Below, in pieces: positions 34,692-46,810 of a stretch of 64,000 nt of DNA (position 1 is the first letter of the stretch; the number at the start of each line of letters is the position of its first letter). The position numbers and the translations under genes are program-made. The notes beneath the pieces were generated by a model. That model was given only the letters and a program-made list of their open reading frames with translations. It had not been told where the DNA came from and made no database searches. Origin of the DNA: Orbicella franksi (lineage: Eukaryota); NCBI GenBank assembly GCA_964199315.1, contig OZ116701.1, forward strand, positions 32,364,001-32,428,000, read 5' to 3'.

Positions 34692-37600
34692 CTAGTCTAT
34701 CTCTCCATCCTCTTCCTCCATGGCTTCCACCACTTCTGCCTGTCTTTCTTCCTGAACACTCTGCTCTTCTTGAACACCATTCTCAGGATCTCTGCTCTCA
34801 CTTCTCTTTCTCACTTTCTCCGTCACTTCCCCTTGTCTCTCCTCCTTCATTTCCACATCCCCATCACCACCAGTGTTTTCAACTCTTGCCTTATTCTCAC
34901 CATCACCCTCATTAGATACAGACAACCTGGCATTCTTCATTCTCTCTTCTTCTAGCTCTTGTTCCTCTTCAATTTCTGCTCTTCTTTTAGCCATTGCTCC
35001 TGAAAACAAGAGGCACACAGTAAATCACAGTGTAGTCATCAGTGTTCCAGACAAGTGAGGGGTCTCGCGTCAAAAACGCGACAAGGTCACCTACATGACG
35101 CAACAAATAAATAGAAAATTTATAATGATTTGGTGGGAGCAGTGGAAATTGACTCATTGGAATTCCTTATTGACACCCAGCCTTGAAAACCTATCCGCAA
35201 CCCTGAGTCATAGGAGTCTGTGCATGAAAATATAGCTGATTAGAGCACCAAGAATAGAGCTGAGTAGAGAGTCAACTACAACAAAATGGAGTGGAGTAGA
35301 GCACATTTAACAAGAATAGAATGGAGGTGAGCTGGTGAGAGTGGAGTAATCATATTGTACATTTGATGCAAGCTCCTTCAAACATCAACAGTTTCTTTTA
35401 TTTCTTTTTTTTATTTGTGCAAGTTCAAGTACTGCCTTGGTTTATTGACTTACTTTTCACAGCTCTTGTTGATTCCTCTAAGAGTTTTTGTGTCTTGTCA
35501 TTAAGTTTGGCTGGCAAGTAGAAGATGGGAGGGTTGGCTTTTGTCATGATAAAATGGCTCAATTTCTCACCATGTTTATCCCACTCCTCTTGCTGAAAAA
35601 GAGAATAAATAAATCAGTTTGAAGCCTGATTGAATGTGACTGATATTGCAACCCAGAAGATTGGACATAGTGCAGACTCGCGTGCAAACGCATTATATAT
35701 AGTTAATGGTAGATACTTTCCTTGGAGACCACATAAAAACTGGGATGATGTAGAGAACAACTGCAATTCTTAAGGCCACCACAGGTTACCACTCTCTCAC
35801 CCTCCCTCTCCCATCCCTCCTCCCCCTCCTCCAGCATTCTGTCGGATTGCCTTAACAGTTCACTGGCAGCCATTTACATTCCTGGATGGAGAGTAGTACT
35901 GTGGGAGCAAAGTGTCTTAAGTAGGAACATAATCAGGTTTGTCAAAAGTTGTTGGTAAAATCAGCTTTAAGCTACCCACTTTGAAACTCTGCAACACCCC
36001 TTAAATAATGCAATGACCCCCTTGAGCTGGATTCCAATGTAGCAACAAACATGTACACTGTAAATTTTGACAAGAATACATTATTTCATTACCAGTTCAG
36101 CCATATCAACTTTTCTCTGTAATAATCTCAATTCTGCTTGTTTTGCTCTTCTTTCTGTGAATAATTCCTTTCTTTGAGTGGACAATTCTTCTTTCTCTTT
36201 CTTTTCCGCTTCTTCAAGCTTCTTGTTTATTTCCTCTCTTCTTATGTCCTAATGGAAAAGAGGACAATTCAAAAGTAAATCCTAACAAGTAAGGAGGTAT
36301 TATCAGATAACATCCATATATGTTTGTGACCTCAGTCCCACACCCTCTTACTTTTTCATCCCTTGTTGTTGAGGAGAGAGACCCTGGTAGTGGCTGGTTT
36401 AAGCCTAATGACCAAGCAGGCCAGTGTTTATCTCTTGTTAATTCCGTATTTTCGTACATGTAGCATTAAGTGACTAGAATCACTGCTACTTCCCTTATAC
36501 ACAAGAGTGAAGAGAGGCATTGTGAGGGTGCTCTGTTGCCCAAGAACACAACACAATGATCATTGCGGCTCCAGCCTGGTTCCCTCAATCTAGGGCTCAG
36601 TGCACTAGCAATTACGCCACTACAACCCCAGCTTCGATCATCAAACATGACAATATTAAAACTTAAATATGCAATGGGGAAAGACTTGTGTTATCACCTA
36701 TCAAGTTTATCAATACCTTCTCAGTCTTCTGAGAGCTATCATCTTTGAACTTTTGAAGAGTGCCCAGCAACATGCCAAACATTCTCTTATTTCTGAGAAA
36801 AAACAAATAAAGGTAAGTCATGTATTATATACATTTATCTTTATAATTATTCACCCTGGGTGGAAAGGGGCACTGTGAGGGTTAAGTGACTTGCCACACA
36901 ACACAGTGACCCCAGTCAGAGCTTGAACCCGGAGCACAGTGCTTGATGCAAAACCAACTCTCAAAATGCTACACTTTACAACCAGTTCATCAGAGTTCTT
37001 CTGTGATTCATGGCTAAATAAAAATTAAATTTTACATTTACTTCCAAAGTATACTGGACTAATCATTGGATCACCGTGTTTGCTACAAAAAAAAAAGCAG
37101 TCTTAGAAGCAACAAACCCTTTGGAATGAGCTGTCCCTGAAATTCATCTGCAATATAATTACTTAGATCAGCTCATAATGAGCAATATACAGGTAATAAA
37201 TTTCTCACGAGTATAAGCCAGCCCCCAGTGAACAATTTGAAGTTTATATTGTTATGTACAGTGTTTCAATGTGTCCAGAGACACTTCTTAGGTTTTGGAA
37301 GTTTTATTATAATTCATCAGAGTAATGCAGACAAGTTGGTGGCTAGGTAGGTGAAAATAATAACAAAAATTGCTCCAAGTATACTGGAACAGGAAGCCAG
37401 CAGTATCTGTTTTCCAAGTCTACAAAAGTCATGTAGACTGAAAGTAGCAACTGGTTTTAGTGGCACATTACGAATGAAGGGGAAGTGCGAGTACTGTGTA
37501 GTGTAGAATGATTAACAATAATCAACAAGAGTGTGGTGGTGGTGCCAGTGGACAAACCTTGACTTTGTTTTGTCATCTGTTTTAGTAATAACATCTCTCT

Positions 37601-39043
37601 TGAGGCGAGATGGCGCAGGCGTAGCCACAACTGATGACTGGATAGCAGGCTGTAAAAGATAATGTTAATTTTCTTTACGAAGATAATTCAAGTTGTAAAT
37701 CAAAAGACATGAATATTTGTCATGATCTTTTAAATCTCTCCTTACAACATACATGTAATCAGTATATGGTCAAAATCATCAATATTTAGGAGGCCTTGCT
37801 TTACCAAAGGTATTCTTAAAAGTTTTAAAAGAAATAGATAATGACATTAAGGAGATATGCTGTTTTAACCTTGAAATAGAAAATGTTCACTTAAGACTGA
37901 TTACCTTGTCTGTATCATCTTCTTCTTCTTCGCCTTCACTATCCAGACGCGAGGAAGGGTGGTTTCGGTCCTGTGAAGTCCTTGTCATTACCACACGACT
38001 CCAGAGTCTGTTACAATAAACAAGTAAATTACATGTTATATTCCTACTTGAAAATGTCAAACCGAACAGGTTTGTACAAATAGACCAGACCTGCATTATT
38101 GTTAGAAAACACCAATCAAAATTTACAAGCTGTACAGTATGCTTCGGCGGACAGACAAACCTTCCTGGTGCACCAGATGAATCACGTCTTTTAGTTGCTG
38201 GTCCTTGCCCCAGTGCCATGCTCCTCTCTGGGAAGTCCCTCTTCAGCATCACACGCCGTCCTGCTGCAGGTCTGAATCAAACACAATACATTTTATCCTG
38301 AGCTCCAAGAAGAGAAAAGCCTTGGGTTAGTTTTTGGGCCCTGAGTAACACCTTGCCTAAAGCCACCCTGTTACCAATTACAACCAATTACCTTTGTCAT
38401 AATGAAAATATCTGTCAGTCACATATGTTGGTGGTTTAATGGTGGTCAGATTAAGAAGGTTTCATGACTGTAAATAGTAAATCGAACTTTGTTGACACAT
38501 AAAAATGAATGTTTTATTTAAAAATAAATAAGTTTCAAAGTGTATACACGTGGAAAAATGCCTGGATCACTACCAAAGGGACGGATATTAGACTCCGATC
38601 AACACTTTTTGAAAAGCCAGGTGCTAGCTGTCGCTATGGTTCTTGAATTCCCTTAAAATTTTCAGTTTTCATGAGTTGATTTCACCGCAACAAAGGTCTG
38701 TACTCGTTCTATAATTCAGCCGCAACATTGCAGAGTGCAGATGAAAAGACAATAAATACGCTTACAATGTAAGATAAGACTAACAAACTGAAACTAAACA
38801 AGCTAAGCCTACTATTTACAGAAAGATGCAGATAATGTCGAGAAACGAGTCAAGCTGTCCAGGGACTCTTCACAAAGCGTAAATTAAACTTCCTCCTCTC
38901 GGTTAACTTTGATTACGAAAACAGCCCTTTTACCTGAATTCCGAAGGATCTCTTCCGGTAAGTTTCTTGATGTTTTCATCCACGGATTTAAGCCCTTCCC
39001 TCGCTAATTCTAGGTCGCGTTGTAGCTCCGCCACCGACGCCAT
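34692..39043 (-). CDS. PNN: Pinin, 8 exons, about 364 aa
   Basis: Exons 39043-38934, 38271-38161, 38007-37905, 37649-37558, 36792-36717, 36248-36093, 35592-35454 and 34999-34692 are in phase (1095 nt). Motifs: LKSVDENIKKLTGRDP, PAIQSSVVAT, RNKRMFGMLLGTLQKFK, ELFTERRAKQAELRLL, QEEWDKH. Confidence 0.95.
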
Positions 39044-39253
39044 CTTGCTTCTTCAAGATCGCGTGCAAGTCTAAGACCGCGATATTATATGGTCAGCGTC
39101 AGACTAGGTCCAGTCTCCATTTTCTCTCAAATTCATTCGGACGTGAAACGCCTTGCAGTAAACGTATTATAGGGCGGTTGACGCTTTTCCATATTATGAT
39201 TGTAGGTACAACAGGTTTTACACATTCTTAGGCAACACTTCATTTCATTTGGT
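39044..39253. promoter_or_regulatory. Bidirectional promoter between PNN and DMAC2L
   Basis: 210 bp between divergent start codons; a YY1-like AAGATGGCG overlaps the PNN ATG. Confidence 0.65.
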
Positions 39254-41731
39254 ATGAATTTAAAACAGCGACCGCTACTAGGAAAGTGGTCAGGTGAAGA
39301 GATGAAGGGCCAATGAAGGGTGTATCTAGGTCTTGACCGTGAACAATAGTACACCCCTCCCTCCCCCCCCCCCCCCCACCACACACACACACTCCCAATT
39401 ATCACTTCTTATTTTGCGTTTATTATCTACTTAGTCTTTAACAGCATTGAGAAGACAGATATGCGTCAAAGGAATAGCTCAAAGCATTGGAAAAAGATCA
39501 TTTTACGTGTGGCTAAACTTTGTTTTTAACAGGTATAAAAAATATTTTATTATTAGGTTATTATTTAAGCTTGTTAGTTTATTAGTTGACTTGTTGACAA
39601 GTGCAAAGGGCGTGTTAAAAGTAAAAGGTTTGGGGTGTGAGAAAGAGCAGCAAAAAAAGAAAAAAGGAGGAGGAGGAAAGATAAACTTTTCATCTCCTTT
39701 CCACTTCTTTGTTGCCGCTTTAACAGCCCCGATAAAAAATTATGTGCTGACAGCTGGTAGAGTGAACACTATTAACATGAAACTGTTTACATTTTTCATA
39801 GAGTAGATGAAGGACGAATAGAAGAATTTGGTCCAGACAGGTAAAAATTGATGCAAATATATGAAATATTAGAAGGATTAGGAGGGAAAGACTGTCATGA
39901 TCTTCCTACTGGTGAAATAAAATCTTTTTTTTTTCAGACATACAGATCTTTTAAATATGTAAGTTTAAAAAGGGAAAAGGAAAACCTTTCATTTGGACTG
40001 CAAACAGCTGTATTTTTTGTAAAACTTGGGCAGTCTATGTATGAAAGGTCTGGCACCTGTCAAAACAGTGGATTGCACAGGAGGCACGTGCACTTTGTAC
40101 ATGAAGATCCCACTTTAAGCACTTTGTGCCGAACAAGAGTGAAAAATTACTGATTTGTAGTTAACTTTCAATTCTTTGTATTATAAAGTGGGAATTGCCT
40201 CACTGTTATCCTCTTCAAGTTGTTCAGTTAGTTGGGGTGCTGCGGCAAATATGGTGGAGGAAAAAAAGGAGAGTCAGAGAGGCTTGGTGCCTTCCAGTGA
40301 CGTGCTTCTCCCCTATTTTTTTTTGTGTGCTATTTTTCACTCTGCAACCCATCAAATTGAATGTCTGGAAGAGGCTTCCTGACTGTGTATCTCACTTTTC
40401 ATTTTCCTTGTATGATTATTCAGGGTAGCAGCAGAGTGGGTGTTACGTTGTGGAGGTGGAGTTAAATTCAAGAATCCTCAAAAATGGATTTGGGACTATA
40501 ATGCCATACCAGATGGGCCAAAAGGAAGACTTGCATTGGAAGCAATCAATGCTAAAGGAATAAGTGTAACAACTGGTGGCCTTCAACATCTTGGTAATTA
40601 TATGTTAAATCTTGCCCTGCTTTCATTATGTTGGTATGGTGGCCTCGTGGTTTGCATGTTACACTTTGGCTCAAGTTGCCTAGGTTTCAGCTGGCTAAGG
40701 TCATTGTACTTCCCTCCACCCTGATGTATAAAAAGGAATAAGGCTGTTCTACTAATTAAGTAGTACCCATTGATACTCCCATTGGGAGTGGTAAATTAGT
40801 AAGAGTAAAGAGTCCTGCCCACAAAGACAATACAATGACCACAACAGGGCTCAAACCAGGAGCATGTTCTTTGATTTCCAATATACCATTTAAACTTTTA
40901 CATCGACCTCACTGTGTTTCCAATAGCTAGAAAGTAGAGCAAACCTAAACATTTCCTCCTCTCTATTTCAGTTGGACTGCAACATCTTAAACAGCTGAAC
41001 ATAAACAGCTGTATGTATGTAACTGATGTGAGCAAACTTCTGCCTGTGAAAGAAACCCTAGAGGAGCTGGACATTGGGAACTGTGGCAGTATATCTGATA
41101 TATCACCACTCTCAGAACTAAAGTAAGTGCAACTTAATTCTCTCTTTCCTGCAATGCAGGCATATTTTGGTGAGCAAGGCATTTTGATCAAGCGAGCACC
41201 ATCTTGGATTCAAACTCGAAGGAGGCTTGGAGAGAGATGAAAAAGTGTTCTAGGGAGTAGGAGTGAGGGGAGGGGGAGGGGAAGGAAAAATTCCCCCTAC
41301 CCACCCACTTTTCCTAAGACAATATGGCAGCAAACCTATTCAATCATGAGCTAACACGAATAACTTGTGAACACATGGAAAATGTCTGCACTGCAGGCTA
41401 ACTTCTCCCCATTCCCTTCCCCCATATCCCTTCCCCCAGAAACCCCACCCTCTCTCTGAGCTCTCTGGATCAAGGACCACCTAACCCTACTATTTAACTA
41501 TTCAAAATAGGATATGAACCTTTTCAAGTCTTTATTATTTAATTTTAAATTGATATATTTTTATACCAATCCCCTTACTGATAAATTCTTGTTGTTTTGA
41601 CACATCTGCTCTCCTTTTGTTACAGAAAATTGACAAAGCTCAACCTTGTAAACACACCAAGCATAAAACAGAGAGAAGAGGCAATCACAACATTACAGAA
41701 AAGACTCCCTGACTGTGTCATTGAAAAATAA
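39254..41731 (+). CDS. DMAC2L: Mitochondrial ATP synthase subunit s / coupling factor B (DMAC2-like), 6 exons
   Basis: Exons 39254-39293, 39445-39532, 39802-39840, 40424-40593, 40972-41122 and 41626-41731 are in phase. Motifs: WLNFVFNRVD, FGPDRVAAEWVLRCGG, WDYNAIP, and LRR-like LEELDIGNCGSISD. The start exon is the least certain. Confidence 0.88.
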
Positions 41732-42425
41732 AATGCCAAGTTTTGCATATTTCACATATTTCACATATTTTCAAAGAAATGTTACTTACTGAAAATTGCA
41801 AATATTGATACCCAGCTAAAACATCCAGTCTTTCAGGATTTGCAAAACTGAATTAGTTTCCACAAAATAGGAAAAAATTTCTGATCTGCAAAATTGAACT
41901 CGACCCGCAAATATTTCGTGTCACATGCTACTTTCAACAATCAATTTAAAACAATTCTAATGCAAGGTATAAATAAAGATGCTGATGAGATCCCCTAAAA
42001 TAAAATATATATATATATATGCACCCCTACTATGAACAGTGAGTGTAAAATATGAAAATACTAAATAATTTTACCCACTAAACCATTATGGGTCCGTATA
42101 CCCTCCTCAGTGGCCTGCCATTTATAATCCTATTTCTTTAGCTCATCTAGTACCTGTACTAGTGGAAATATTAATACATTAAAATAAATTCTAAACCCTT
42201 ACTCAGCTTTCAAAATATTCTTAAATGTATAAATTAGTAATATTGATTCATTTTACACAGTTTTTTTAACATTTTTGAACAGGAAAAACTACTTGGTGTC
42301 ATCACCAGAGCGAAAAATCCTTCTCGACTTACATGAAAAATTTGTTTTAAGTGTTAACACTTTGGATTCTAGATGTATAAGTAGAATAAATCAATATGAC
42401 TGACAGAATTTGGCAGTCTATTGTA

Positions 42426-42944
42426 TTATGTCCCTAAAATCTTCTTCCTTAAATTTTCCCTTATCTTTAATGTCCCTTCGATATCCTTGAAATCCAAAAC
42501 ATCCTTCATGGAGAGGTATCTCTGCACAGCTCCACTGTTTCCTTCCTTAATTTTTGATCCATTCTTCAAAGCATTCAACATATTTAATGCATAACAAGTA
42601 GATTCTCTACAGCTTTCAAACACTGGAAATAGCTTTACTTGCCACAAGCTCACAATCTCAAGATCTGAATCCTGCAAAAAAATCCAATTATGATAGACAA
42701 GATGAGAGAGAATTGGAACATACCCCACACACCCAGGCGTTTTTTTTAATGTGTATTAATCCCTGCTTCATAGCTGTTTGTTTCTTGTGAAGAATTCATC
42801 CATTCGTCAAGATGTGATCAGAGTGGTCCAATAAATATGGGTTAATGACCACGCATGAGGTCAAGATGGGTGAATACTGGCAAAATTCTTTTTTTGTGTG
42901 TTTATGGACCTTGACTCTATCTCGGTCCATAAATACGCAAAAAA

Positions 42945-42975
<31 letters not shown>

Positions 42976-44494
42976 AGCAAGCTTGGTCAATAAAGGATTT
43001 ATTATACAGCTTTTTGGGAATTTTTTCTTGTGGGACACAGCAAGTCTTGAGTGGGCAAGAAAGCACCATCTTCCCTGTTCAGGTAGCCAATTACAGTGGA
43101 GGATTTGGTTCATCTTGCTCACTCCCGGAGCTAACCATATAATAATCCCTCTTAATCCCAATTCAATAACTTATTAATAAGCAAGGTGACAATTCAAGCC
43201 ATTTTCTGGGTTAAGGGTATGTGGCTCCTTTGAACTTGTAGTCATGTACTTAAGGAAATGATGTACATGTACCTGCTTCATGTCTAACAATGATAATGCT
43301 TTATCAAGAGGCCAACCAAAATACTGCAGCTTCCCAAGGTCTTCTGATCTTGTCATCTTTTTCACATTGTCTTTGACACCAAACACAATGGTTACATACA
43401 ACCCTGCAACATCACCAACTTCAACACAGACTGTTGTCATGAAAGCATTGTCAGGAATGCATGCCCCAGCAGGAATCACTACATTGCTGATAATGCAGTT
43501 GTTGCCAACAGAGGACTCTTCTTGGATATCGCAGTACTCCAGTACTGTTTGCTGTCCCACTTTGGATGGCATTGTTTGGTGACAGTGTATAAGACATCTT
43601 TGCTCAGTGGTGATTTTCTCCTCACTGAGTCCACTCCTTGTTACCATGACTTCTGAGAGAAAGTGGCTTTCAAACCTGGCAAGCACAACAAAAGAAAACA
43701 GAGGAGGAAAAAATCAAACTATCAAACTTTCAAAAATGTTTCACCTTTTGACTCTAAGGAATCATTATTCAGTAATTTAAGGGATAATTAAATCCTCACC
43801 GAAAAACATCATTTTCGCAGAAATAATGAATATATTCTGCAGTAGTGCCTAGATGATAGAATCTGGATTCATTAAGCAACAGTACATTCAGCTGTCTTCC
43901 TTTCAAGAAATTGAATATCTTCTTCCTTTTTTCTACCAATGAAGAAGTCTCCTTTGTGACATTGGCAACATTCTTAGTGTAATCGGCAGATGCCTGGGAT
44001 CCAAGAGCTTGAAGGAAGTCACCATAGGCATCAATTTCACAGTCAATTGGCTTGATTTCATCCGAAAAATCATATAGACTCTTGGCTGTCTTCCAGTCCA
44101 CGAAAAATACACTATCAGTGTAAACATGTTCTTCGCCATTCTGAAGAAAAGTAATCCTATGTTTTCTCATTGTTTCTTCTGATGGTTTGTGAAGGAACTT
44201 CTTACATGTTGTTTGAGCAATGGGGCATCTACTCTGATAAACAAAATCATAGATAATGTTTTAATCAACATTTATTCCATTTTAAAACATTAATATTTAT
44301 TAGTTGAGTAAGTTAATTGGGACTTGTATCTTCCAAATTATGATTGGGAAACTGTCACTTTTTCATAGTCCAGGAAAAATAATGACAAGTATACTGATTG
44401 ATTGATTGACATAAAAAATGTCTTCTTAGGATACCGGTACACAAATATTATTGCTGTCCCAGTACTTTACAATGTGGCCCTAAGATTGATTTGC

Positions 44495-44538
<44 letters not shown>

Positions 44539-46728
44539 AAAAAAAATTGTTTGATTGATTGATTGATAGATAAAAAATTGATTGATTGATTAACTAATTA
44601 ATTGATTCAAAACCTTCAGAAATAACCAAAAATGGAGAAAAGTGAACCTTTGCTCTTAGTTTGCATACCTGTAACCAGAAAATTATTTACTCTATTGTGA
44701 GCAGCAAGCTGATCTAATGGTTAGTGGGCTGAACTCTGCATTGGAAGGTGTAAGTTCAAGATCAGGCAAGGGACACTGCGCTGTGTTCTTAGGAAGGATA
44801 ATTTTAATTAGTCTCCCAATGTCTCTCTCCATTCAGAAGTGTATCAAGTGAGTATCATTGAGTCATCAGCCTGGACAACCTGGCAAACTGCTGGCAGGGA
44901 GGGTGGGGGGACGGGGGGGGGGGGGGAAGAGTTACCTGCGATGGACTAGCATCCCATTTAGTGACAGTACTTAACAATATTATGCTGCTCAAGATGCAGA
45001 GACTGGGGTTATGTGCCAACAATGATGTTATCTGGTTGTCCCTTTTAAACATGAATCTGTTTTCTGGGGTAGTAAGTTATATAATGTATTAGAAGATGTA
45101 ATAACCTCAGATGCTTGACCATCACTGAGTGCAAAGACACCATGGGTTGTACCAATAACAATTGGAGAAGGATGAGCCAATGCTGTGAAGCCTGGCTTTG
45201 TGAAAGACAAATCTCCATCACTGTTGAACAGCACCAGGATATCTGAAGCCACCACAAAGATACCAGGACTCATCTGTTCAGGAAATTCAATGAACAAAGC
45301 CAGCTGAAGCTCTACCATTTGAAAGGGAGGATCACCTACCAAAATAATGAAACAGTTATCAAGCTTGGAAATAACACCAGAAAATTCTGACAAGCAAACC
45401 TGCAGCTCCTAGCCTCCCTCCTGTTCTTCCCTATCATTCTTATAATAAGTCCTTCTAAATATAAGCCTAAAGCCAGTTACAATCTATTCTAAGTATAAAG
45501 CCCCCCTCTATAGATCGTTTGCACTCATGCAGCATGCAGCTATGCAAATTTATTAGAACAAAAGAAAGTGTTTACAAAAGAAAAGACTTCAACTCCCACA
45601 GGATTGGTCTGGAACGCCAATGTGGCTGGACACATGGCCTCCTGTTCATTGTTTTGGAACACCAACATGGTTGCTGTGAAGTCCATGTGAAAACACTCTA
45701 CATGCTGGTGTCTCTTTGCAGTGACTTCTGGTGCTCATATGAAGACAGAACTCGTTTAAGTTTTGAAATGCAAAATTCTTTCCCACAAGGAGTCCACTAT
45801 AACATTATCTTTAGTTATCATCAGAATTTTTAAGGCAAATTTCTTTAGAAAATATAATTACAAAGATTTTCAGGTCATCAAAACGGTATAAACTACACAG
45901 TGTATACATCAGTTCGCTATTTACTTATGTCAAATTTCTCTGTATAATCTTTGGACTTCTTGTAGTAAATTAAGTAGCACTTGAATTAAATTGCACATTA
46001 CCGTAAAACTTACATATTTCCCTTCTCACCCTGAAAATAAAAAGATATCCCTGCCACGTCTCAGTTTTACATTAATTTCAAGGACAATTAAATCCTTTCT
46101 TTTTCTGAAAACAATGAAGAGATCCCCTCTGAGAAATTAAAATTACCTGCACATGTGGCCATATTTTAATTTTTTAAAAATTAAGAAGTAAACAAGGCTG
46201 AAAAAAAAACCCGTTAAACTGCGCAAATATAATAAATATTGAATTTCAACAGAATTAATTTTACAGGTAAAAGCACAAGATAAACTATAAATTATTAAGC
46301 TTAATCATAAACCTACCAAATGGAAGAGCGGTGAAAGCTTTTCCCAGGACGCTGGCGTTGGGCAGTCTTTGGCTGTAGCCTCCAGCGGGAAACATGATTA
46401 TTTTCGAGTTCACTAACTCCTCCTTGTCATAAATCTTTAACAGGTCACCAACAGTGACCAGGAAAGAGCCTCCGTTACCTATCTTTGGTCCAGGCGGATC
46501 ATAGAACACATGATATTTCACTCCAAGTGGAAGCTCCCCGCGGGCAAGTTTGGACTGCAGTTGAATTTCGTAAGCGTTTTTCTGGCTTTCATCCAGAGCG
46601 GTAATCACAACTATATCCCAGAAGGCGATATCTACTTTTTTTCCTCGGATTGATTCAAACTTTTTGAATTTACTTTCCGTAGATCTTCGTATATTGCGAC
46701 TAGTTTGCGAGAACTTTGCTTCCGCCAT
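42426..46728 (-). CDS. FPGT: Fucose-1-phosphate guanylyltransferase, 5 exons
   Basis: Exons 46728-46317, 45335-45106, 44233-43800, 43675-43273 and 42671-42426 are in phase. Motifs: FWDIVVITA, DPPGPKIGNGGS, GGYSQRLPNAS, KPGFTALAHPS..IGTTHGVF, FLHKPS, CEIDAYGDFLQALG, FYHLGTT. Confidence 0.95.
44483..44607. repeat. (GATT)n microsatellite in FPGT intron 2
   Basis: Long interrupted GATT tetramer array. Confidence 0.95.
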
Positions 46729-46810
46729 CTTCGTTTCGATCGAGTGATTTGGAGAACCAAATGGAATCTGGAACAGACTAGAGCCCAGCTCTTCGCGTGT
46801 GGTCACTAAA
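46729..46810. promoter_or_regulatory. 82-bp bidirectional promoter and 5' UTR space between FPGT and TRAPPC6
   Basis: ATGs at 46728 (-) and 46811 (+), both inside YY1-like AA(G/A)ATGGCGG. Confidence 0.75.
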
